NCBI GenBank assembly: GCA_964465575.1
Contig: CAYXIF010000006.1
Location: 14,445 to 78,444 of the forward strand
Source of the DNA: an uncultured Candidatus Bathyarchaeia archaeon
Lineage (GTDB): Archaea; Thermoproteota; Bathyarchaeia; Bathyarchaeales; DTEX01
Reading direction: 5' to 3'
Length of the DNA stretch: 64,000 nucleotides
Below are positions 53,601-60,730 of this stretch, piece by piece. Both the position numbers and the translations under genes were made by a program. Numbering within the stretch: position 1 is the stretch's first letter; each line of letters starts with the position of its first letter. The notes beneath the pieces are model-generated. The model was not told where the DNA came from and ran no database searches. It saw nothing but the letters and a program-made list of their open reading frames with translations.

Positions 53601-55271
53601 GAGGGCACGGGGCACCGGCTCATGCCGTCCAGCCGTGACGTTGTAACGTTTAATCTCACCTTCGGTGTCAACCCACTTGGGATAGTACATTCCCGGCGAT
53701 CCCGGTGCCCATTTCCCTATCAGCTTGGACAGGTCAACGTTCAATGTGGCGTGGACTATTGGGTAAATGGCTTCAAGCAGGTAGTTTACGTTTTCCCATC
53801 TCATACTGCCCGGCACATCCAGCGGCGTGTAGTAGTATCCATTGAAGGCTTGATAGTTTGTCCAAGAGTAGCCGGAGCCACCCAAAGCGAGAAGAGGCTC
53901 ACTGTTCATGTACCTATGGGGCGAACCCAGATAGTCATGGTATACGATGCCGTGGCCCGGCCCTCCGCTGCCGAACATGCCTCTGAAAATCCTGCTGGGT
54001 ACTATAATGTCTCCTACTCTCTGGTCTTGAGCCAGCTCGGCCCTCCCAAGCTTCTGGGCTAGGTCTGGGACCAAAGTCCTGAAGAGCCAGCTCTCGTAGC
54101 CAGTAACCCAAGGGGCGGTGCCCTCTCGCCATTCATGTGTCCATCCTGCGACAGTGGTCGGCATCATGAACTTGTTCGCATCATTTATATCGAGGTTGAT
54201 CTGCAACGCGATTTTGGATCCCCACTTTTCCCAGTTGCTGTCAACGTACTCCTTGATGAACCATCTGGAGCCTATCACGCCTTGATCTGTTCCAGAGAAG
54301 GCTATGAAAACTAATGTATACTTGTTAGAGCCCGGGTGTGACGAATAGTATTTGGCGAGCTGAAGGACCATAGCCATACCTATGGCTTCACGCGCCCCCG
54401 GAGATAGGCTTGGTATGAAGGAGAAGCTGTCGTACGCAGCAGTGATGAGAACATATCGATCTTTGTACTCTGTTCCCGGCAGGTAGCCGATTATGTTCTC
54501 TGCCGCGACTGTCCTCCACTTCATATTAGATACAAGCGTGACTGTGGGGGTTTGCTCGGACAGAGCCTTTAGCTTCTGAGCGTCCTCAGCCTTAACGTAA
54601 AGTCGGGGGAAGTTCCAAGCGACGTTTTCTAGAAACTTCATCGACGCCTCCATCATACTCATATCTTCAGGCTCCATAAACAACGCAGCCACAGCGCCAA
54701 GATTAGCTGCTGTCACCCAGTTATATTGAGTGTCAAAGTCCATCAGGACAATGCTGCCTTCGATTCCCTTGCCTGCTTTCTTAGCTGCCACCCCTAGCTC
54801 CTCAAGTCCTCCCTTTCCGACGTAGATAAGGTGCCCTTTCAAGCCTCCCGGAGGAGTCTGAGGCGGGCAGACCCTATTTGGGAACATAGGGTACAACGTG
54901 ATTTTCTCACCTGAAGCGAGCCCTAAGTAGGCTCCTTCGTCTTTGGGTATGACGACATCGAACCGATGTCGCGTCAAGTTCATCAAGCCGAAGCTCCTGA
55001 ACTTCGCCTCGATGTAGTTGGCGGCAGCGTAGCATCCTGGGTAGCCTGTAAACCTTGAGCCGAAGGCTGCAAGATCTTGAACGTAGCCTTTAAGCTCATC
55101 CATGTTGACAGCTTCGAGCCCAAGTTTCACATAGTCTGCTGGAATTTCCTGCGCCCACGCAGGCGCCACGGGCATGCTACATAGGATAGCCGTTAAGAGC
55201 AAAAATACTGTCACAAGCAACGGAGTGGTTGAGATGGCAAAATGCCTAAAACCCCTCACAGGTATAGCCAA
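50646..55271 (-). CDS. Fusion protein: N-terminal anchor, M28/PA (PSMA/transferrin-receptor-like) ectodomain, unknown beta-rich region, FtsX/MacB-type permease with its own extracytoplasmic domain, C-terminal cytoplasmic domain
   Basis: 1541 aa. M28-like FGSRFTGYPGCYAAANYIEAKF, LITAAYDS, SPGAREAIGMAMVLQLAKY and FIAFSGTDQGVIGSRWF. PA-like GSIVLMDFD. FtsX segment RKRKLLTALTLISVTVVTMG...(about 290-aa loop)...RRDIYTLSTVGLSPFHVGFLFLSESVTYSILGGTVGYLLG. Confidence 0.72.
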   Translation of the reverse strand: MAIPVRGFRHFAISTTPLLVTVFLLLTAILCSMPVAPAWAQEIPADYVKLGLEAVNMDELKGYVQDLAAFGSRFTGYPGCYAAANYIEAKFRSFGLMNLTRHRFDVVIPKDEGAYLGLASGEKITLYPMFPNRVCPPQTPPGGLKGHLIYVGKGGLEELGVAAKKAGKGIEGSIVLMDFDTQYNWVTAANLGAVAALFMEPEDMSMMEASMKFLENVAWNFPRLYVKAEDAQKLKALSEQTPTVTLVSNMKWRTVAAENIIGYLPGTEYKDRYVLITAAYDSFSFIPSLSPGAREAIGMAMVLQLAKYYSSHPGSNKYTLVFIAFSGTDQGVIGSRWFIKEYVDSNWEKWGSKIALQINLDINDANKFMMPTTVAGWTHEWREGTAPWVTGYESWLFRTLVPDLAQKLGRAELAQDQRVGDIIVPSRIFRGMFGSGGPGHGIVYHDYLGSPHRYMNSEPLLALGGSGYSWTNYQAFNGYYYTPLDVPGSMRWENVNYLLEAIYPIVHATLNVDLSKLIGKWAPGSPGMYYPKWVDTEGEIKRYNVTAGRHEPVPRALIYYTRGGPSGTYGGSTIGFILYTRLLPLYAMADADGKVVLPGLLQAERLGEYIFEAHVVNETTGNVLFSPGFGTAPYWYPNTAIDVGGGQSWSDYGNELLDRKTQSFGVYTLFECGTIIHFDTGDVYYRSGPQDAQYRLIVNDFVSHAPPEQWSWHSYIYGGYGLGIAAAHVPPNVPVEFLSRTSYTLRYPMSLVIGTSMDLQAGSGFKVLAGEQLILTHTTLKAAEDLHRVTMQRLNVLKARGVSPPGMAETESLFKEAYAALRNYDYLKVEALSNQLLVLERGNYASLRATTEDTIYAITFFGLALIPFAVISERFFVSTHGPRRVFSTVTGYLAPLLVFWFVHPGFTLASNPFMIVIGFLVVVLIMPLLAVVFSIAASTLTRLTARIAGVHWVEIPRFSVALLGFSTGISHMRKRKLLTALTLISVTVVTMGTSMFTSMLTIRALSVGRTGTSALYDGILVRHWDYSSGGFGDGAAPQVGQRLLDEYEARYGDKATIAPRAWTWISNLMRGLHVTDSKGNIVPTPIIAILGLTPQEQEVTSPQNSLVDGVWFTEGMAGKRMAIISKDLADAGNLKVGETMWVSGYSFKIAGIVDDKKFIQIYDLDNLWITPWDQRLPGFDGRVLPRETIIIPYETLLNTFKGWIVSIAMKFEPEYIRDGTIFNIGREIYRETLIPLFLGANGTGYSVKQENFVTVFGWQQQVIPLVLAGLMVLGLITSAIEQKRRDIYTLSTVGLSPFHVGFLFLSESVTYSILGGTVGYLLGILATMIMGVTPWGIGLQVNYASTTVVTTISALMAAIMAITIYPIYQASKLVTPSLERKWKLPKPKGDMWEVTLPFTLAEDIRADGVLAFIHELLVGHTVEDSSIFRTRLPIRYEVEEEKGKIIRSLEFDSTLTPYELGISQVVKIRDVKDIRSGRHSFLVALERKSGPTGSWITFAREFIDVIRKQTILWGSIKPEEREDYQRRFAAISKGMERVGAA

Positions 55272-55351
55272 CGGTGGTCTCCACCCAAATCCAGATTAGC
55301 GCCCAGAATTCTTTTAAGACTTTCGGTCTTTCGCTTGTGGCCCAATGCTGA

Positions 55352-56254
55352 CTACTTGATGCCCATAGATCTGATCGAGGATACGGCTTCATCCACCTTC
55401 TGCCGGCTCAGAATCTCCGTCACGGGGTTCATGCTAATGATGAGCTCGCTAACGCCTATCTCTGAAAGACTTCTCGCATCCTTCTCAGCAGGCTTAGCCA
55501 AGCTGAAGACTGCGTTGCCATGCAAGTACAGCTCCACAGTCATGAACACGCCCTTATGGTCTAAGAAAAATGCTCTGGTATCGCAAGGCTTGGAACATGT
55601 CTCAGGTGTCCTCTCCCCAAGAAAACGCGCGGTGTGACACTTCCTAGTGACAGTCACCGGAACAAAGTGCGTATGGACAGACACGTCAAGCCCAGCATCA
55701 ACCAAGAACCTGATACGCGGAAAGCAATTTGGAACCCAATCGAGGTCGACGCCTCGAACCCCAAGCTCCTGATAGAACTTGATGGTAGGTCCGTAATGCA
55801 GGCTCGTCTCACCGTATAAATCCTTTACTTGCCTTCTTACCATGGCTCCCTTCACCAAATAGCCGAAAAAGACTAAACCTCGAGTGTCCCTTTTAAACCA
55901 AGGGCACCGAGCTGGAACATGAACCAGCTGCCTCCCTAGGTATGGTCTTAGCCCATCGTACCCGTTTACGACGCTGAGCAAGCCCAGATCATTGACTATT
56001 ATCTCGGTTTCCCTCTTCGCACTTAGGAAACCTAGTTGATCTGTTACCTTTCTGAGGGCTCTATCAGAGCATCTAGGCGTAACGTATTCGAACTCCTTTC
56101 CCGCATCCTCGACAATAGCATAAGCCAACTTCAGCGTTTGCAGACTAGGTATCTTCCACTCGCAGAACTCTGGACCGAATCTCACCTTATCGCAGTCGGC
56201 AGCCGAAGCCTCCTTCAGCAACTCTAGATTGTCCACCTGCACTGAGAACTTCAT
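55352..56254 (-). CDS. Peptidase U32 family protein, short partner (UbiV-like size)
   Basis: Start ATG 56254 (MKFSVQVDNLELL) overlaps the upstream stop as ATGA. TIM-barrel-like N-terminus and a Cys cluster RKCHTARFLGERTPETCSKPCD. Confidence 0.6.
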   Translation of the reverse strand: MKFSVQVDNLELLKEASAADCDKVRFGPEFCEWKIPSLQTLKLAYAIVEDAGKEFEYVTPRCSDRALRKVTDQLGFLSAKRETEIIVNDLGLLSVVNGYDGLRPYLGRQLVHVPARCPWFKRDTRGLVFFGYLVKGAMVRRQVKDLYGETSLHYGPTIKFYQELGVRGVDLDWVPNCFPRIRFLVDAGLDVSVHTHFVPVTVTRKCHTARFLGERTPETCSKPCDTRAFFLDHKGVFMTVELYLHGNAVFSLAKPAEKDARSLSEIGVSELIISMNPVTEILSRQKVDEAVSSIRSMGIK

Positions 56255-57531
56255 GATTTCTTTTCCCTCGGATTCCACGAAGTAAAATGCTCATATGGAG
56301 CGTTGAAAAGCGGCGAAAAGTAACAGCGCTTCTGCTTACAGAAAACCTCCCTAAAGGGAAATTCGATGAGCCCCCGCAACGTCTCATACCGGACATCCTC
56401 AAGTTTCTTCCTAAGCGGTCTTTCCTTCTCGAGCACGCTCTTCTTCTGAGTCTCTCCAATAGGCTTTCCCAGATCCAGTTCATCTAACCTTCGCTTCAAA
56501 GACTCGATCTTCTGCCGCAGCCTATTAGCAGGGACCCTTCCTCCCCCCTTAGCTATCATATCCAAAAATTCGCGATATACCATGGTATAAGCTTCCTGTT
56601 GCTCAGGATGCATCAACCTACCCACTATCTTCAGACCAGCGACCCCAATCTGTACAAGTGTCTGTAAATGGCACAGTGAACAGAAGGTAAAGGCGTCTAG
56701 CACGGGTATGTTGCACAGCTTCTTGCCTCGATCGCTTGAGTCATATATGTCGTAGAACAAGGTGCAGGGAGAAGTTATGCTCTTTACATGCTTGCTCACC
56801 TTCAGTTCAGAGCCTAGGAGCTTGGAAAAGGGACCGTAATGATAGAAGTAGCAATTAGCATTGATATTCGAACATCCTCCGGCGTGACAGAAGATCTCGA
56901 TCGGAATTTCGCTGCGTCTCACAATTTCAGACACCTCTTGAAGGGTGAGGTGACGCTCCAGAATCACTCTGCTGAAACCCAGCCTCCTCAGAAAATCTAC
57001 CTGTTCACTGTTCATAGAGACGAAATAAGTGCTTGCAAGAAGAGGCACATCCACGCCTAGGTCCCGTATGACAGATAGCACTCCAAGGTCTCCCACTATT
57101 AGTGCATCCGCCCCTTGATCAAGGCAGGAGCGGACATGACTCTTCATTGGCTTCTCGAGATCTTCTGACATGAAGGGTTCATTTACTGTCACGACCACTT
57201 TCACGTTACGTCCATGAGCAAAATCCACAACCTTGGCGAGCTCATCATATGACTGCAACTGAGCTGGAGACCTGCCAGGACCCCTATATAAGGTGAAATG
57301 CTGCAGTTTTTCTGGCATAGCAACCCCGCAGTACACCTCGTCTGCCCCTGCGCGGACAACCCTGACAGCTCCTTCATAGGAATTTATTGGCGAGAGCAGC
57401 TTAGGTATTCTTCTCCGCTTCCATTCTTTCTGCGTCAAAACTAGTACCTCTAAGCTGCAAACCAATCTGATTACTTGGACGCAAGGATAAAAAGGTTGCC
57501 TCGGGGAGGTCTCTTCACCTACTTGACGCAT
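56251..57531 (-). CDS. Peptidase U32 family protein, long partner (UbiU/RlhA/TrhP-like)
   Basis: LLSPINSYEGAVRVVRAGADEVYCGV N-terminus and a U32 signature-like EIFCHAGGCSNINANCYF. The true start is probably internal (e.g. TTG 57438). Confidence 0.72.
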   Translation of the reverse strand: MRQVGEETSPRQPFYPCVQVIRLVCSLEVLVLTQKEWKRRRIPKLLSPINSYEGAVRVVRAGADEVYCGVAMPEKLQHFTLYRGPGRSPAQLQSYDELAKVVDFAHGRNVKVVVTVNEPFMSEDLEKPMKSHVRSCLDQGADALIVGDLGVLSVIRDLGVDVPLLASTYFVSMNSEQVDFLRRLGFSRVILERHLTLQEVSEIVRRSEIPIEIFCHAGGCSNINANCYFYHYGPFSKLLGSELKVSKHVKSITSPCTLFYDIYDSSDRGKKLCNIPVLDAFTFCSLCHLQTLVQIGVAGLKIVGRLMHPEQQEAYTMVYREFLDMIAKGGGRVPANRLRQKIESLKRRLDELDLGKPIGETQKKSVLEKERPLRKKLEDVRYETLRGLIEFPFREVFCKQKRCYFSPLFNAPYEHFTSWNPREKKS

Positions 57532-57658
57532 TCTTGGCGTATCTTTCTGGCAGCATCTGGGTTAGACCGCGAAGTCTGATTTTTCATGAAAAGGTTGCCA
57601 GATAAGCACTTTGAGTAACGCGCGTGGGTTTCATGGAGTAAGCAGAGCGCCGCGATAG

Positions 57659-58786
57659 CTACGGGAAGAACTGACGGAAACAGTTAACCAGTTTCTGAGC
57701 CTTTTCGAAACTCTCTGCAGAGATCGAGAGTATCACGCCTGTCTTCCCTCGTAGGCTATTGCCAACGTTCTCAACCCACTCTTCAACAGTCTGATTCTCC
57801 AAGGGGCCGTCTGTCCAGATCAAACAAACGCCTTTCCGTCGGAAATAGTCGGCGATTTCTTCAAAGTTGTAGAATCTTCCCGGACTCCCGAAGAAGAAGG
57901 CCTTGACGTAGGGGTTGGAAACCACTTCATCAAGTATATGTTTCCCAGCCGACACCGGACTGCAGCAGAAATGACCCATGCCCCCATCGAAAGGTTTCAG
58001 GCACATCTCGTTAAAAGGTCTGCAAAATCTTCGGTATATTGTAGGAGAAAGCATGACAGCTACATCCTCGCAGAGCCGGGCACCACCCTTGTCCATCCAC
58101 ACGTTGGGGTTTCCGTGAACTCCTTTACCATTGGGCTCACCAACAATCTTCTTCTGGATCTCAGAAAAATCGACATATGCTTTTGAGATTCTTTCGAAAA
58201 GCTCTCTAACAAAGTCTGGATGCTTGTAGAAATCTGTCAATAGCTTCGTGCCTCTAATAAGGTAGGCCACGTCTAGGGGACCCTGCGTGTCACACAGATA
58301 GACCCTGATCACAGTACCATCAAGTTTCTTAACAAAATACTCTTCCGTTTCCAGTGCGGCCTTCATCAGTCCATCACTATATGGATCAGGGTCCTTCAAG
58401 GCATCAATGCTCGGAGTGTCTCCGGTAATGATTGGCGCCTTGACCCAAGGCATATTGTCTACTTCTTGTTGTACGACTATCTCGCTTCCGAACCCACTGG
58501 GAATTACTCCGACGCCGTAATTCGCCCTTAGACACAACATGGCGTCATCCTGCAAAATGCAGTGCGAATAGATGCTTGCCAATTGAGATACCAACATCTT
58601 GTCTCGGTCGGAAAAGGTTTCCGCGTACTTGAACTTGGGCCAAGTATCCGGGGGCGGACAATTGACAATCAGAGGCGGACGATCAACGGGTCTAAAGTTC
58701 CACGAGGCGCTTTGTCTCTCCTGAGCCTCGTCCATAACGTCGAGCCTAACCTTCTCGACAACCTTCCCGAGCCATGCATCGATCAT
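57659..58786 (-). CDS. URO-D family-like TIM-barrel protein (second paralog, divergent)
   Basis: 375 aa. DTQGPLDVAYLIRGTKLLTDFYKHPDFVRELFERIS and EDVAVMLSPTIYRRFCRPF match the URO-D/MtaA pattern loosely. Confidence 0.5.
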   Translation of the reverse strand: MIDAWLGKVVEKVRLDVMDEAQERQSASWNFRPVDRPPLIVNCPPPDTWPKFKYAETFSDRDKMLVSQLASIYSHCILQDDAMLCLRANYGVGVIPSGFGSEIVVQQEVDNMPWVKAPIITGDTPSIDALKDPDPYSDGLMKAALETEEYFVKKLDGTVIRVYLCDTQGPLDVAYLIRGTKLLTDFYKHPDFVRELFERISKAYVDFSEIQKKIVGEPNGKGVHGNPNVWMDKGGARLCEDVAVMLSPTIYRRFCRPFNEMCLKPFDGGMGHFCCSPVSAGKHILDEVVSNPYVKAFFFGSPGRFYNFEEIADYFRRKGVCLIWTDGPLENQTVEEWVENVGNSLRGKTGVILSISAESFEKAQKLVNCFRQFFP

Positions 58787-58869
58787 GCTAGTTCCGCCTT
58801 TTCAGGTTCAACCAATAGAAGCGGCTTTCTTGTAGAATAAAAGTCTTGTGGCAACGGATAATAGTACAT

Positions 58870-58983
58870 TCAGCTGAGCCCATAAGCCCTAAGGTCAACC
58901 AGTGTCATCTGGTCCACTTGCATAGCTCCTTCAGCATCGACACGAAAATTCACCCCAAGCTCGACTAGGACCGCTTTCTTCAT
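58870..58983 (-). pseudogene. Remnant of an AlkP-family gene start (37-codon ORF MKKAVLVELG...)
   Basis: About 35 nt around ATG 58983 (AATCTGGGATTGCCATGAAGAAAGCGGTC) match the RBS/start region of the AlkP gene at 39721-39745 (AATCTGGGATGAGGATCATGAAGAAAGCAGTC). Similarity ends after 7 codons. Confidence 0.35.
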
Positions 58984-59018
58984 GGCAATCCCAGATTCAT
59001 GGCTCACGCCATCTGGAT

Positions 59019-60554
59019 TCATTTGCTTCCTATCTCTGCAACCGTGACTGAATGCGCTGGCAGAACATAGCTGAACTCGCGTCCAGTCTTGAGAGTTCTC
59101 TTTGGCAGGATTCTCACATTGTCGTGGTGTTTGACATCATTGTAGGCTAATACATCTGGGCCATTCAGTTCGTAGAACGTGGCTTCTCTGCTCACGTCAA
59201 TGTTTGAGATTTTCACTTGGCACTCAATGTCTTCATCCTTATTCAGGTTTGCTGCCGAAAGAAAGAGCTTTCCATCGACTTCGCTCAAAGTCGCAGATGC
59301 ATCCACATAGGGTATGTCCTTGACCTCTATTGGGGAACCATATCTGAGTACAGCGCGCTTTGCATCGTACGTCTCGCATTGGACTTGGGTTTCCAACGAT
59401 ACCTCTCCGCCGTGGTTTGTGTACAAGTCGAAAACATGGTATGATGGTCTCAGTACAAGGCCATCCGGGTGAACGTAGACGGCTCCTCTCACATTGACAA
59501 TGGGGGAATAGTTTGCCATTGTGACGTGCTCGCAATATCTACGGAAAATGTTCAAGAATCTGGCTGTGTGGATCGCCTCTCTTAACGTGTATTGGCTGTT
59601 CAAATCGTTCTCATCCATGCGAGTCCACTTTCCCCAAGCTGTGGCGCCACCTTCGCGGTAGTGCGACCAGCCCCAAGCGTTCCATTCATCGAAAGAGATC
59701 TCTATGCGTTTTTTCTCGCCTTGTGAACCCCTCATGGCTGGGTTAATCGCACTGATTAGACTGACCAGATTCTGCTCTGCATACGTGGGAGATGCTACAG
59801 CCCCATAGTAATCTGGAAGACTCTCTTTACGGTAAGAGTAGGAGTGGATTGAGATGTAGTCTGTCACGAAACCGGCGTCCCTTAGAAACTGAAAGTTGAA
59901 CTGCGGATCCCGACCGTGCCCTACAGCTATCAGCTTTATGCTCGGGTCTACTCTTCTCATAAGCTTCGCATATTCCTTGAAGACCTTCGCATATTCCGCT
60001 CCAGTCATTGGTCCGCCAATTTCCCAACCTCCATGAATCTCGTTTCCTACGCCCCAGAACTTCACATTGTGCGGCTTGGGGTACCCATTTTTTTCCCTGA
60101 GTTGTGCGTAACTAGTGCTTCCTTTCCTGTTGCAGTATTCGACCCACTGAGCTGCCTCCTCAGCTGTTCCAGTACCAACGCTAACGTTTATGTAGGGTTC
60201 TGCTCCGACTGCATGGCAGACTTCGACAAACTCGTCAGTCCCGAACTGGTTAGTTTCCTCCTGATCCCAAGCGTAGTCAAGGGTGATGGGTCTTTCATCT
60301 CTGGGTCCTATGCCATTCTTCCAGTGGTAGGCATCGCAGTAGCATCCGCCGGGCCAACGCAGAATAGGTGTCCTTATCTTTTTCAAGGCGTCCAAAACGT
60401 CAGATCTGAATCCATGGTGGTCCGAAAACCTTGATGAAGGGTCATATATGCCGCCGTAGATGCATCGATGGAAGTGCTCTAGGAAGTGCCCATATACTTG
60501 GGGGTTAATTCTTCCCCTCACTCTTTCTCCGTCGATATAGATACTCGCCTTCAT
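59019..60554 (-). CDS. abfA: Alpha-L-arabinofuranosidase, glycoside hydrolase family 51
   Basis: Start ATG 60554 (MKASIYIDGERV). Motifs GHFLEHFHRCIYGGIYDP, LRWPGGCYCDAYHW, and acid/base motif WGVGNEIHGGWEIG. The upstream part of the track ORF contains the gene's own TATA box. Confidence 0.88.
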   Translation of the reverse strand: MKASIYIDGERVRGRINPQVYGHFLEHFHRCIYGGIYDPSSRFSDHHGFRSDVLDALKKIRTPILRWPGGCYCDAYHWKNGIGPRDERPITLDYAWDQEETNQFGTDEFVEVCHAVGAEPYINVSVGTGTAEEAAQWVEYCNRKGSTSYAQLREKNGYPKPHNVKFWGVGNEIHGGWEIGGPMTGAEYAKVFKEYAKLMRRVDPSIKLIAVGHGRDPQFNFQFLRDAGFVTDYISIHSYSYRKESLPDYYGAVASPTYAEQNLVSLISAINPAMRGSQGEKKRIEISFDEWNAWGWSHYREGGATAWGKWTRMDENDLNSQYTLREAIHTARFLNIFRRYCEHVTMANYSPIVNVRGAVYVHPDGLVLRPSYHVFDLYTNHGGEVSLETQVQCETYDAKRAVLRYGSPIEVKDIPYVDASATLSEVDGKLFLSAANLNKDEDIECQVKISNIDVSREATFYELNGPDVLAYNDVKHHDNVRILPKRTLKTGREFSYVLPAHSVTVAEIGSK

Positions 60555-60606
60555 GGAACTTTCACCAAGATGACCGCTACTGATTTTTGGCCTTCTTATA
60601 AGGTTT
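60541..60606 (-). promoter_or_regulatory. Promoter/leader module copy B (GAAACCTTATAAGAAGG + conserved leader + ATGAAGGCGAGTAT)
   Basis: 58/66 identity with 39745-39810. Here the conserved ATG (60554) is the real GH51 start. Confidence 0.55.
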
Positions 60607-60730
60607 CCCCACATCAACATCCCACTTCTGGATGATTTTGACATCTGAATGTCTGCCGCCCCAAGCTGGAACAATCAGTAGCAATGTGTTTGCCGTAGGT
60701 AGAACAGAAACGAGACTGCAGACAGCTGAC

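Noticed and set aside
60555-60674. N-terminal extension of the GH51 track ORF (MFQLGAADIQ...)
   Set aside because: It contains the gene's own BRE/TATA module. The conserved ATG at 60554 gives the typical GH51 start MKASIYIDG.
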